Source of the DNA: Octopus vulgaris
Taxonomy: Eukaryota
Assembly: GCA_951406725.2 (NCBI GenBank)
Contig: OX597823.1
Coordinates: forward strand, 116,684,001 to 116,748,000
DNA length: 64,000 nt
Direction of reading: 5' to 3'
Position 1 is the stretch's first letter, and every line of letters starts with the position of its first letter. The notes under the pieces were generated by a model. It did no database searches. It worked only from the letters and a program-made list of their open reading frames with translations, and had not been told where the DNA came from. The translations under genes were made by a program, and so were the position numbers. Shown piece by piece: positions 38,087-51,453 of the stretch.

Positions 38087-39313
38087 CAATAATCCCTTGC
38101 CATATCACGGTTCACACATCTCTCACTCAGTAGATCGTAGTTCACCTATCGTGCACTCAGTACATCACAGATTTTTCTGGTTAATATAGTATATTGCAGG
38201 GTTCTGCAGCTGATTGGTATTTATTTTTTTCTAGATTTTAATTATTTCTGTGGTAAAATGAGCATTTTCATGCCTAAAAATTAATAAATTAATAAATAAA
38301 AATAGAGTACAGTACTGCACTGTATAACATGTAATAAGGCACAAAGAAGCTAGCACCATTTTGAAACAGCAAATCTCGCCTGCAACCATCGCCACATGTG
38401 AGACAAAAATGAGATCTCACCTGCCACCATTATTTAAGGAAAAGATAACAAAATTTTCCCTCTCGTTCTTGTCACACTAATACCAAACATGATTCAAAGC
38501 AAGGAACTCACAGCAGACTTTTGTCCCACTGTGATACAACATGCATTGTCTCCAGAGTTTATTGAACCTCACGTGTATGGGAGAGAAAGCCAACCATGCA
38601 CTGCTGTGAAGATGGATACTGAAAGCAAACCCCTTGTATGAAGCACCTGTGAATAAACATTTATTAAATTTTGTCTGCCTGAGAGCTTCATTCTTCATAT
38701 TTCCAGCTCCTTGAATCAACAGAATAATTATAATGGAAGAAGAAGATTCCCCAAAAGTATCATAAAAACCTTCCTTCCATTATAAACACTTAAATTAAAA
38801 TATATATTTCTTTACTGCCCACAAGGGGCTAAACATAGAGGGGACAAACAAGGACAGACAAAGGGATTAAGTCAATTACATCGACCCAGTGTGAAACTGG
38901 TACTTTATTTATCGACCCCGAGAGGATGAAAGGCAAAGTCAACCTTGGCGGAATTTGAACTCGGAACGTAACGACAGACAAAATACGGCTACACATTCCA
39001 CCCGACGTGCTAACGTTTCTGCCAGCTCACCACCTTCAAAACACATTAATTAAATACATTAATTAAAATATATTAAAAGAAAATATTTAGGGTAACATAG
39101 ATGAGTAAACAAAGAATTGCACATACTATATGGAAAGCAAAACTTGGGAGGCAGGTTTGTGGTATTGTTTTGCTTTCATGATAAAATAAATATATACAGA
39201 TTTTAAAAACGATAAAGAATATATAGAGTACAGTACTGTTTCAACTTTGTGGGTTTTTCACCTATCACAGGAGGTTTTGGAATGTAACACCTGTGATAGT
39301 CGAGGGGTTACTG
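38087..39313. mobile_element. pogo/Tigger-like non-autonomous DNA element
   Basis: TA|CAATAATCCCTTGCCATATC...GATAGTCGAGGGGTTACTG TIRs with subterminal GTTCACCTATC repeats. Confidence 0.7.
38805..39036 (-). mobile_element. SINE family A (A1)
   Basis: Consensus match. Confidence 0.88.
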
Positions 39314-40842
39314 TGCACTCCAGTTACCTATCTACCTGTATATACATGTGTACAAGAATGTATGTAAAGACTATTTGGACATCATTCATAAATTTAGAAA
39401 CGGACTTTTAATATCTTCATTCCAATTTCTTTATCTCTTTGTGTGTGTGTGTGTGTGTGTGCATTTGTGTGTATAGGTATGTGTTTGTAGATCTGTGTAT
39501 ATGTGTTTATAAATGCCTATTTAATTGTGTGTCTGTATGTGTTTGTATATGTATGTATGCTTGTAAATGGGTGTATACATTTCAAAAGTGTGTGTGTGTG
39601 TGTAAGAGAAAGTTTCCACGATACTTTTGGAACATTCTTGCAACATACATTCCTTGTTCCAGATTTTCCAATTTGCATATTACTTTCATTTACTGTCTCT
39701 AAATACTCCACAGAATGAATGCACTTCTAGTGGATGCCAATATTACAAAGTCATTTGACAATCCCTGTAATTGCACTCACACACACACACACACACACAC
39801 ACAGTGATTGTTGAAAGGCAGTTTCCCAATATAAAGGCCAAGAGAATGAGTGGCATTTGTTACAAGACTGCAAATGCTGATGTAGTGAGTTGACTTTTAA
39901 AGGACTTCAGGAGAAGAAATCTTGCCCCATAAAAAATATATTTACCGTATTCTTGATGTATGTATGACATAATGGTAAAAGGACTGAAAGGGTAGGACAT
40001 TGTAAAAGCAGCTATAGGGGCTCAGGGCATTCTTTTGTGTCTTTATTCAGCACACTTAATTCTCCCAGTCTGAGATGATCTAGTCTTTGGTAAATTTGAT
40101 CAGAAATTCTAGGAATGTAACTCATGTTGTACAGAGGTTCTGTATAAGGGGTTATTGATCTCTGAAGCTGTCTCAGTCAAAGGACTATTGTCATAGATTG
40201 ACATTACATTTCATTTCATTCGAACCACAAATTTAAGGGTTGCTGGTTCAAATCTAGTAATGATACAGCATTGAATTTCTGAACAGGATATTGTATTCCA
40301 CATTACATTAGTTCTCTTAGCTCTTGAGAAAGAGAAACATGATTTCTATAGGCAAAAGTCAATAGGTCTGATCACATATTGATAAATATTTTTATTTATT
40401 GATTTAATATGTTTCTTTATTTATATTTTTTACATTTACTACTTGATAATGTTTCTAAATTTGATAATATGTACATGTGTTTCTAAGATCTCGGCTTCTG
40501 ATATGCATATTTATTAATGTGTATTTGTGGATAGCGGTTAGAAGATACATGTTTGTAATGGGATGTGTGGGTTGCATTTGTGAAATGTGCGTTAGTGAGG
40601 TATGTGCGTGTGTGGTGCATGTTTGTGGTGCATATGCTCATGTTTGTGAGATATGTGTGTGCATGTATGTGCTTGTCTGATGTGTATTTGTAAAGTGTGT
40701 GTTTGTGAGATGTATATATACATTATATATATATATATATATACATTATATATATATACATTATATATATACATTATATAGATATATATAGATATGCATT
40801 ATATATATATATATATATAGATATACATTATATATATATATA

Positions 40843-41237
40843 CTACCAGTATCGCCCGGCGTTGCTCAGGTTTGTAAGGGAAATAACTATATAAGCATTT
40901 TTAGAGATGTAAAGTATAATAGCCATCTCAATATGGCTAACCACAAAGGGGGGTGTTACTGTAGCTTTTTACGTTCTGAGATTTAATAATACATTTTTAG
41001 AGAGTTACTTCCCTTATATATGCCAAAAATGCATTAAAAATGGGAAAAAATTATGGTAATTTTTTTTTTAAATCATAGACTCATCGTAGACGTGCGCTAA
41101 TACCCAGAAGGGCTCAATATGAATCACGACTATAAGATACCCGCTTTTGGTTAAACTGCACCGCAAAATGTGGGAGTAGTTAGGAATCTAAATCGTAGGA
41201 GACAGACAGCACACAACCTCACTTTTATATATAAAGA
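40843..41237 (-). mobile_element. Non-autonomous Helitron
   Basis: Reverse complement shares 5' TCTTTATATATAAAA and 3' GAGCAACGCCGGGCGATACTG ends and internal blocks with 49445-50081. Confidence 0.85.
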
Positions 41238-41403
41238 TATATATATATGAGTGTGTGTGTGTATATATATATATATAGAGAGAGAGAGATATGAGCGCCT
41301 AATAATACTTTAATTGTTCCACCTCCTTGCGTTGTTGTCTTTTTTGTTTTCTGTTTGGATTAACTTTACATATATATATATATATATATATATATAGATA
41401 TAC

Positions 41404-41450
<47 letters not shown>

Positions 41451-41476
41451 TATATATATATATATATATATATATA

Positions 41477-41838
41477 TTGGTAAAAATGGTAAGATAACAA
41501 AAGAAAGAAAGAGACCTTGATATTCTGTAAATAGAGGAAATTTATCTGTAAAATAATATGTTACAATTACTCAATAGTCAAGATAAAACTCTGAGTTTCA
41601 GATGCCGAAGTGGAAATCCACAACACCATCTCTTCGGTTATCTGGCCATCTGAAAAACGTGGGTCCACCAGCAGAATTATAATACAGTAATTTCCCTTTG
41701 TATAACGGTATTTTTTCATCACGTTTTTCAGATGGCCAGATAACCGAAGGGATGGTGTTCTGGATTTCCACTTCGGCATCTGAAACTCAGAGTTTTATCT
41801 TGACTATTGAGTAATTGTAACATATTATTTTACAGATA
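41477..41838. mobile_element. Penelope-like terminal fragment forming a long palindrome
   Basis: Arms 41543-41661 and 41720-41838 (119 bp, 2 mismatches) around a 58-bp spacer, embedded in (TA)n. The family call is an inference. Confidence 0.55.
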
Positions 41839-41894
41839 TATATAGATATATATATATATTTATATATATAGATATACATTATATATATATATAC

Positions 41895-41939
<45 letters not shown>

Positions 41940-41970
41940 TATATATATATATATATATATTTTTATACAT

Positions 41971-42001
<31 letters not shown>

Positions 42002-42057
42002 GTAGATATATATACATATGTTATATATATATATATATGTAGATATATATACATATG

Positions 42058-42093
<36 letters not shown>

Positions 42094-42139
42094 GTTATAT
42101 ATATACATACATATGTTATATATGTATATATATATATAT

Positions 42140-42518
42140 AGGTGCAGGAGTGGCTATGTAGTAAGAAGCTTGCTTCCCAACCACATGGTTCCAGGTTCAG
42201 TCCCACTGCATGCCACCTAGGACAAGCGTCTTTTACTTGAGCCTCAGGCAGACCAAAGCTTTGTGAATGGATTTGGTAGATGGAAACTGAAAGAAGCTCA
42301 TTATGTCTGAGTGTGTGTGTGTATGTGTGTTTATTCCCTCACCATCGTTTGACAACAAATGCTGGTGTGTTTACGTCCCCGTAAGTTAGCAGTTTGGCAA
42401 AAAGAGACCAATAGAATAAGTACTAGGCTTACAAAGAATAAGTCCTGGGGTCGATTTATTCGACTGAAGACGGTGCTCCAGGGTGGCCACAGTCAAATGA
42501 CTGAAACAAATAAAAGAA
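42140..42518 (+). mobile_element. SINE family B
   Basis: Consensus match. Confidence 0.9.
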
Positions 42519-42812
42519 TATATATATTTGTGAGATATGCACTTGTGAAATGTATGTCTATGGACTTTATGGAGTATGTCCCTATATGATATATGTCTGT
42601 GATGTACATGTTTGTGAGGTATGTGGCTATAAGATGTGTTTTTGTGGGATATATGTTTGTGTGAAGGATGTTGTTTAGATCCAGGTCAAATTTAACTAAA
42701 CAGACCTCTCCTTTTCTTTTTACTTAGTTTCTTATCATCCATGTCTTCCTCTATCCCCACTTTTCTTGATCTCCAAGTCATCCTCAGTTCACCTGACTTC
42801 CTTTTCCTTTAA

Positions 42813-43045
42813 CCCATATATATACCTGGTTGTGTTTTCGCAACACAAAACCTGCTCCTACTTGTTTGGACATGAACTCACCGAGAAGCATCTAACTGAG
42901 CATATGAAATGTCCAGTAGGGAGTCAACACCCGTAGCTAACAGTTGTACACTGTCCTTCTCTTCCAGATTGTGAAAGCTTACCAAAACGCTTAATCTAAA
43001 TACAGTGAAATTTTAAGACTTCATTTTTCTATGGGCATATATGGG
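42813..43045. mobile_element. piggyBac-like MITE (233 bp)
   Basis: TTAA|CCCATATAT...ATATATGGG|TTAA. Confidence 0.7.
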
Positions 43046-43199
43046 TTAAAGGTTCCATTCAAAGGGATTTGCCTTATTTGGCTTTATGAAAAAAATAAGT
43101 ACTGAGGTCCATTCATTTGCAAAAAATTATTCAAATTGCTGCCTCTGCATGGCCACAGTCTAATGCTGAAATAACTAAAAGATAAACGATAAAGTCAGA

Positions 43200-44700
43200 A
43201 CCAGGGTCATTTCCCTGAATTTTCATAATCTCTGTCGTTCCAGTAATTAGCTTTCTAATCTGTTTTCAGTGCTATCTCTGTTATCTTGTCTGTCTTCCTC
43301 TAAAAGTCTTGAACAGGCTCGAACAGCAAACATATTTTTACCAGACTCTCTAGTGACTAATTTTATGCCCACCACCGTATACCTGTTTTAACAATATTCA
43401 TAGTTTGGTAAGTAATCGTGTCAATGACCGCCAAGAACACATCTGTTGATAATAGATGTTCTGCTTTCCTTCCAGTTTCAACAATCACTCATTGAGTATC
43501 ACTTGCCAGTGGGCATATGCACAACTGTTGAATGATATTAAGGAATGCATTGGGGATTCTGTTATGATAAAGTAGAATGCAAATAATTTTCCTGTCAATA
43601 CACTTTAGAGCTTTTCCAAAGCCAATAGAGTCAAGAATGAGGGAAAACCTACAATTCTTATAACTGTTCAATAAAGGTCAATGCAGGACATATCCTTTTT
43701 AAAATGGTTCTTGCTATGCCTTTGGCATGTGTTTTGCTGTTTTACACTCTCTCAAGAATGATCTATGTAAGTTCTTTGTTGGGGACAAATAGAAATCAGT
43801 TTTTGTTCTCAATAAGCTCTCCCTTTTCTGGGAGGTATTACCAAATTGCTTTTCTTCCACTGTCCAGCATTTTACCTTTCTTGCATATCTGTTTCTTTAT
43901 TACCCACAAGGGGCTAAACATAGAGGGGACAAACAAGGACAGACAAATGGATTAAGTCGATTATATCGACCCCAGTGCGTAACTGGTACTTAATTTATCG
44001 ACCCCGAAAGGATGAAAGGCAAAGTCGACCTGAGCGGAATTTGAACTCAGAACGTAACGGCAAACGAAATACGGCTATGCATTTCGCCCGGCGTGCTAAC
44101 GGTTCTGCCACTCGCCACCTTGCTTTCTTGCATATCTCCTACAGTTGGGGACTTAACAAATCAGTGATGGTGTCAATATTGGGGCTTCAGGTGTGCTTCT
44201 ACCTTGTCTTGTTGCTTTTTCTATTTTTCGGTACCTTCAGGATTTTTCTGGTCCTGTCCTTTGTAGACAGCTCAATGTATACATTAAGTTTAATTGCTGC
44301 AATTGGAATGTAAATGTTTATATCTAAATGGATGTCTGTTGAACAGTCTCTGTAAGTTCATTCCACTTTTTTCCCTATGTTTTGTCATTCTCTCATTTAT
44401 TGCCATGCTGATGTGCCCCCCCCCCCCGATTTTTATCTATTTGGATGTTTTTTAGTCAAAGACCCTCAATATTCTACAGAGTTGTGCAATTCACTTTCTG
44501 TGCTGCATCTTCTGACATGTCTTTCAATTTCTCATGGTGGGTTCTTTTATTTACTAATTTTTTTAATTTTTGCTTCTTTTAGTTCTTTGTGTAATATTTA
44601 TTCGTATTTCTCTCATCTTCTGGACTATTCATCACAGTCAGTTTCAAGACCATTCTTGCCTTCCTCCTCCTTCCCTTCATCATTAACATCATCATAATTT
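43200..44700 (-). mobile_element. Old RTE-group LINE remnant
   Basis: LILDSIGFGKALKCIDRKIICILLYHNRIPNAFLNIIQQL resembles the FIDFxKAFDSI RT motif. An FKKDMSC remnant lies upstream. Confidence 0.55.
43891..44122 (-). mobile_element. SINE family A (A1), young
   Basis: 15-bp TSD CTTTCTTGCATATCT at 43876-43890 and 44123-44137. Confidence 0.92.
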
Positions 44701-45099
44701 TAATATTCACTTTTCCATACTTCATGGATCCAATGGAATTTGTTGAGGTAGAATGCCTATGGCCTTCTGCCCTTTCTGTCTCCCAACTCTCAGCTGTTTC
44801 CAAACAAAAGAATATTTCCCTAAGACCAGATATTTTTTTCTAGAAGATTGGAACTGAAAGACAAATGACAGGTGACACTTATTTGCATTTTTGCAGAGAC
44901 TGAGGGTAGACAGCTAATGATCATAACACCACGAGTTTGATTCATAGTAGTGCATTGTATCCTTGAGCAAGACTCTTTATTTCACATTGCTTCAGTAATA
45001 AATCTAGGAGGGGCTGGACTATAAGTTATCTATGAAGCCATAATTGGATTTAGATGTACAAATACAACGCTCATCATTTGTACAGCATTTCCACAGGTA

Positions 45100-45508
45100 T
45101 AGGCATAGGAGTGGCTGTGTGGTAAGTAGCTTGCTTACCAACCACATGGTTCCGGGTTCAGTCCCACTGCATGGCACCTTGGGCAAGTGTCTTCTACTAT
45201 AGCCTCGGGCTGACCAAAGCCTTGTGAGTGGATTTGGTAGACGGAAACTGAAAGAAGCCCATCGTATATGTATATATATATATGTGTGTGTGTGTGTGTA
45301 TGTTTGTGTGTCTGTGTTTCTCCCCCCACCCCAACATCGCTTGACAACCGATGCTTGTGTGTTTACGTCCCCATAACTTAGAGGTTTGGCAAAAGAGACC
45401 GATAGAATAAATACTAGGCTTACAAAGAAAAAGTCCTGGGGTTGATTTCCTTGACTAAAGGCGGTGCTCCAGCATGGCCACAGTCGAATGACTGAAACGA
45501 GTAAAAGA
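45100..45508 (+). mobile_element. SINE family B
   Basis: Consensus match. Confidence 0.92.
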
Positions 45509-46149
45509 CCTTACAGCATGATGTTCTTGCAATTAATTAATGGCCTAGTTACAGCTACGTGATGTAATACATTTGTCTCAGCCTTTTGGTCCCTTCATGG
45601 CAACACTTGAACTGTAAACCATCAAATTGTTTGTCCAGTTCCCAATCAAACGCATATAACAATACTACATTAATTAGTATTCTGTCTTATTTATTGTGTT
45701 ATACCACCATGTGGTATCTGTCTTCAGCACTATACTATGATGTAATCAAACATTTGTTAATGGTACAGTAACATTTTTCTCCCTCTGCTAGATGTAGTGA
45801 GATAAAGCTCTCTATGGTATCTGTTTACAGTTCAGTTGACTGAGCAATTCGCAGTTAAGTATTTTTGCCAGGAGTCTGGTGGAAATCCAACAATTCCATC
45901 TTTTGATCAGCATCCTGAACATTTCTTCATCTCAGAGATAAATAAAAACATCTTTTAAATGCAAAGAGATTTTTAAGGGCCTATACTTAATCTCTGGTTT
46001 AGTGTTAAGCCTGTGGGAGATTAAAAAATAAATAACACTGAAGCAAAGTAACACCAAATATATAGAGCGTGTGTTTTTATTGGCTAAACTGGCAAAATGA
46101 CCATTCCGAAATACAATAGATTAATCTTCCTTTGATGCTTTTATAATCT

Positions 46150-46362
46150 TTTAACCCCAAGTCAGCCTTGACTTAGTAGATCTATGACTAAAGGCATTCC
46201 ATTCATGGCAATCCTGCCTTTGCTTGATGCACAGTACACACAGAACCACATTAGCTAATCTGTCCTTCTTTCTAAGATAGTAGGAGTAAGATTTTGAGAG
46301 AGAGATTTGTCAACTATTTCTAGCAGATGAAGCAACTATGAATATGTTCTCTCATTGGCTCA
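46150..46362 (-). mobile_element. Old interspersed repeat (family E)
   Basis: AGATTTG...CTATTTCTAGCAG motif. A plus-strand relative at ~50150-50315 ends in (AAC)n. Confidence 0.5.
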
Positions 46363-47443
46363 TCTTCCCAAAGTCTATCTCAGTTAACATCTAATGTGCC
46401 TGTCATGCAGCTAGGTGGACTGTGGCAATGAAGAATTCCATGAACTACTACACAAACTTCTATGGAGCATTTCAACACACACCTTTTGATGGTTTCCTGT
46501 CACAGCAATTCCGCTGATGTTTTTACTTGATGGGGTCCAAAATTAAATGAAATGTACTAACTTCTAAACAGGTTGGGAAACTTTGCTGTATTTAAATGTT
46601 TTGCAACACTTTATTCGTAGTGTTGGATCGAAAATAAAACATCTGGAAAGAAAAGAGAAAATTACCAAAAATAAACTGAAGTAACTGAAGAATTCTCTCT
46701 TCTTTTGTTTAACAGTAAAATGAGGCAAAGAGATAGACGTGACAGACATGGGGGATTAAGCATGATTGATATATCTGACATAATAGCAAGTCTTAAGGGA
46801 TTGCAGCAACTGAAGAAAGCGGCAAGGTCATGCAAAAGTTGAAATTTAAGGTAAAGAGGGGAGAAAGCTTGACCTGATGGAAGGTAGTGTGAAGGGGAAG
46901 TTTCCAATGTAGAAACTGATGATGGAGCTTATAGCTTTACTGATCACATTAATCTGATGTGACATCATGTCAATTTGGTTAGCATTGTGTTTCACCTGAT
47001 GTGGGTGTTTAATGCGTGTGTGTATGTGTGTGTGCATATGGGTGTATGTCTGTATTTGAATATGTGGGCATATGGGTGTAAATATGTAAATGTCTGTATG
47101 TTTGTGTGTGTGTGTGATGTATATTTTGTATTCAGTCCTCATTGATGTCTGTAGGTTTGAATGCTAAGTTTTGCATCAACTTTTGCAAGATATTAGGTTA
47201 AAAATATATGAATGTATGTATGTATTTACGTATGTGTATACTGATGTGTATTCATGTATGTATGTCTGTATGTATATTTCACTTAGCCATTGCAGTACTA
47301 GTAACCTGGTGTAGAACTCAATATAGATATGGTGCTGAATAAAGTGTTAGTTGGGTACAGAATCATAAGAGAAATAGAAAACAAAGTAATAAATGATTAT
47401 CTTGATAAGATAATCATGTATTTCTTTCTCATCCATATATCTG

Positions 47444-47474
<31 letters not shown>

Positions 47475-47489
47475 CATACATATATGTAG

Positions 47490-47900
47490 CCACAGATGTG
47501 GCTGTGTGGCTAAGAAACTTGCTTCCCTACCACATGGTTCTAGGATCAGTCCCACAGTGTGGCACCTTGGGAAAGTGTCTTCTACAATAGCCTTGGGCAG
47601 ACCAAAGCCTTGTGAGTGGATTTGATAGATAGAAACTAAAAGAAGCCCATCATATATATCTATATATATATGTATATCTGTGTGTGTATGTGTGTGTGTG
47701 TATTCGTTCCCACTACCACTTGACAGTTGGTACTAGTATCTTTACACCCCCATAACTTAGTGGTTTGGCAAAAGAGATTGATAGAATAAGTACCAGGCTT
47801 ATAAAAAGTAAGTGCTGGGGTCAATATATTCAACTAAAAATTCTTCAAGGTGATGCCCCAGCAAAGCTGCAGTCTAATGACTGAAACAAGTAAAAGATAA
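47490..47900 (+). mobile_element. SINE family B, diverged
   Basis: Consensus match. Confidence 0.85.
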
Positions 47901-48217
47901 ATATATATATATATATATATCGACAACCAGTCAACCTCAGTTGAAACACTCCTGTCACAACTTGGGACCTTGAAGACTGATTTAATGCAAAAAAGTATAC
48001 TAGTCCCTTAATATTTGATATTCAATATTTCATCTATTCAATAAGACAATCAATACTTCATTTCATGTTACTATATATATATTAATTATACTATATATTC
48101 TATATTCTACATTAATGTTATAAAGAATATAAATAAAACATAAAAAACAGGCAGAGTTGGAATTTCTTTGAATAATATATATCCCTCTATACACAATCAT
48201 ACAAATCCCTTTATATA

Positions 48218-48632
48218 TCTCTTATTATAAAAGGCAGATTTTATCTGCCTCCCTTTGGGAGTTATACAAATCTACAATGTAGGATTTCTTCAATTACAAT
48301 TTACCTAGCATTTTTGAGAGTACAATGCATCGCGTCATGCCAGGTCCAGTTTTTAAAATTTAAACTCCAATTAAGCAAAATTTACAGAAAACTCACATTC
48401 TGGTGTGTGTGTCAAATGCTTTTCTTAGTCTGGTTTACACCACACGCAAACGCACACACACAGTGAGCAACGAATAAAATGAAAGTAAATAGCGACAGAG
48501 TGATTTGAGCAAGACTAAACTGAAAGTATTCTGTCTATGACGCTGATAGATACATGAGTAAAATGTATGGGAAGCTAAGAGCTAAGAGTGAGTGAAAATA
48601 GCGAGAGAGAGAGTGATTTGAGGAAGACTTTC
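48218..48632 (+). mobile_element. Probable Helitron-type 5' fragment
   Basis: A|TCTCTTATTATAAAA start and an internal repeat AAATAGCGA...GAGTGATTTGAG.AAGACT. No 3' CTAG end is visible. Confidence 0.4.
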
Positions 48633-48679
48633 ATTAAATAACCGTAGTGGCTTGTGTTAGTAATAAAGTAAACATACAC

Positions 48680-48787
48680 TCATACATACATACATACATA
48701 CATACATACATACATACATACATACATACATACATACATACACACATACACACACACATACATGCACACACACATACATACATACAC

Positions 48788-48818
<31 letters not shown>

Positions 48819-48875
48819 CATACATACATACATATACATACATACATACACACACACACATACACACACACACAG
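48680..48875. repeat. (TACA)n microsatellite
   Basis: Direct reading. Confidence 0.95.
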
Positions 48876-49049
48876 TATTGAAGCTTGAGAACAATCAGAT
48901 ACATTTGCAACACATCTGTTGAAAATATTATTGTTCACACACATACATATACATATATACATACAGACAGACAGACAGATAGACACACACACACACACAC
49001 ACACACATGATCCAGCATGGCCACAACCTCAAGGCTGAAACATATAAAA

Positions 49050-49425
49050 GAATAACAGAATATAAATGTGTGCAAAGTACAAGAAATATTAATGCAGTAT
49101 ATGGGGATTGGACAATAAGTGTAAGGCAGTGTCAATGGTGGTTCCAGAAATCCCGAGCCATAAACTACAGCCTAGAAGACGAGCCTCATCCTGAAAGATC
49201 TGTAGAACTCGACAAGGACATCCTGAAAACCCTGGTGGAACAAAATCTCATCGTAACTGTTGAGGAACTAGCAGAGAAGCTTGGATTTGGTCATTCAACC
49301 ATTCATTGAGACCTGTGTGCTATCGGAAAAGTCAGCAAATTGGGTCAATGGGTTCCTCACGAACTTTCCGAGTCTAATTGCATGCAGAGAGTGAATGTAT
49401 GCTTTTCTTTGCTGTCACATCTCAC
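49050..49425 (+). mobile_element. mariner transposase N-terminal fragment
   Basis: STRNINAVYGDWTISVRQCQWWFQK...SLEDEPHPERS...TVEELAEKLGFGHSTIH, then KLGQWVPHEL. Confidence 0.9.
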
Positions 49426-49444
49426 CACTACTGCGCTATGTATA

Positions 49445-50080
49445 TCTATATATATAAAACTGTAGTTGTGTGAGTGTCTGTCCCCTTCGATTTAGATTCC
49501 AAACTACTCCCACATTTTGCGGTGCAGTTTAACCAAATTCAGGTAGCTTATAGTCGTGATTCATATCGATCCCGTCTGAATATTAGCGCACGTCTACGAT
49601 GAGTCTACGATTTTAAAAATAATTTAACATCATTTTTTATTCCATTTTAATGCATAATTTTTCGTGTGTCGATGGCGGCGGAGTTGGCATCCACGCTCAC
49701 ACCTGCACCTGTGGGGAAGGGAGTGTAAGGAAATCAACGTCGTAATGCGTTGTCAAGGAGACCAGTGTTCTTTTAGAACAACGACTTCATGGCTTGAAGA
49801 CACCAAAACAGAAATGGCTAAGAAAGCGTCTACATGAGTCTACGATTTAAAAAAAAATTTACCATCGTTTTTTTTCCATTTTAATGCATTTTTTCGCTAT
49901 TATATAAGGGAAGTAACTCTCTAAAAATGTCTACGATGAGTCAACGATTTAAAAAAAAATTTACCATCATATTTTTTCCATTTTTAATGCATTTTTTGAT
50001 ATTTTTTTGCTATAACTCTCTAAAAATGCTTATATAGTTATTTCCCTTACAAACCCGAGCAACGCCGGGCGATACTGCTA

Positions 50081-50081
<1 letters not shown>
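49445..50081 (+). mobile_element. Non-autonomous Helitron with triplicated internal unit
   Basis: A|TC...CTAG|T ends and hairpin CCCGAGCAACGCCGGG. The unit GTCTACGATGAGTCTACGATTT...ACCATC recurs near 49592, 49828 and 49929. Confidence 0.88.
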
Positions 50082-50124
<43 letters not shown>

Positions 50125-50654
50125 ACATACATGCTCTGGTGTACAATTAAGGGAATGCCTCTTGTTAGAAACAGCAGCTAAATCTCCCTCAAATCATTTC
50201 CTTTTGTCTCAAAAGAGGAAGGACATATAAAGTGATCCTGGATATACTAAGTTTGTAAAAGATCTTAGACTGGACTGCTGGATCAAGGGTGGCCTTAAGT
50301 TAAACAACAACAACAGCCAGATGTGAAAATGAATTTTCTAATACATCACATATGTTGAGAAATGACTACCATTTCATGTGTGTGATGAGGATATGGGTAA
50401 AATATAGATTTATATGGATAGAATGCTGATCTACTATAGTTAGATCAGTGGAAATGATATAATATATTGGCATAAGATCACTGGTTTATAGTATGGGGTG
50501 TAGTTGATTGGATCAACTTGCAGTATATTACTGGTACCTATTGTATTGACCCCCAAAGGAATGAGATACATCTAGATTTGAACTTTGGGTGTCAAGAGGC
50601 ACGTAACTAAATACTACTTGAGCTTCATGTCCACTTTGCCCTCTGCAGACAATT

Positions 50655-50867
50655 TGTTTCTAATCTAGGCACAAGGCACAAAATTTTGGGGGAGAGGCCA
50701 GTCGATTAGATTGATCTCAGTACACAACTGGTACTTAATTTATCGACCCTGAAAGGATGAAAGACAAAGTCGATATTGGCGGAATTTGAACTCAGAACAT
50801 AAAGACAGACAAAATACTGCTGAGGATTTCGCCTGGCATATTAACATCTCTGCCACCTCACCACCTT
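50655..50867 (-). mobile_element. SINE family A (A2)
   Basis: TSD CCTCTGCAGACAATT at 50640-50654 and 50868-50882. Confidence 0.9.
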
Positions 50868-51049
50868 CCTCTGCAGACAATTCACACAGGGAATAACATT
50901 TATGTTGATGTGATTATTGAGTAACCTCACTTTGCCTTCTTAATGCAACGACTAAGTTTTACAGCAGCACTAATGCACTTGGGCCGATGGATCAATGAAT
51001 CTCTGGAGGGAATCATATGAGAATATGTGTCAGCAGTAAAGTGTATGCA

Positions 51050-51453
51050 TAGGCACAGGAGTGGCTGTGTGGTAAGTAGCTTGCTTACCAACCACATGGT
51101 TCTGGGTTCAGTCCCATTGCGTGGCACCTTAGGCAAGTGTCTTCTACTATAGCCTTAGGCTGACCAAAGCTTGGTGAGTGGATTTGGTTGACGGAAACTG
51201 AAAGAAGCCCGTCGTATATATGTATATGTGTGTGTGTGTGTGTGTGTGTTTGTGTGCCTGTGCTTGACCCCCCTCCCAACATCGCTTGACAACCAATGCT
51301 GGTGTGTTTACATCCCCGTAAGTTAGCAGTTCGGCAAAAGAGACCGGTAGAATAAGCACTAGGCTTACAAAGAATAAGTCCTGGGGTCGATTTGCTCAAC
51401 TAAAGGCGGTGCTCCAGCATGGCCGCAGTCACATGCCTGAAACAAGTAAAGAG
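51050..51453 (+). mobile_element. SINE family B
   Basis: Consensus match. Confidence 0.92.

Noticed and set aside
49007-49309. SETMAR-like host gene
   Set aside because: Only a truncated mariner transposase N-terminus with a stop. There is no SET domain.
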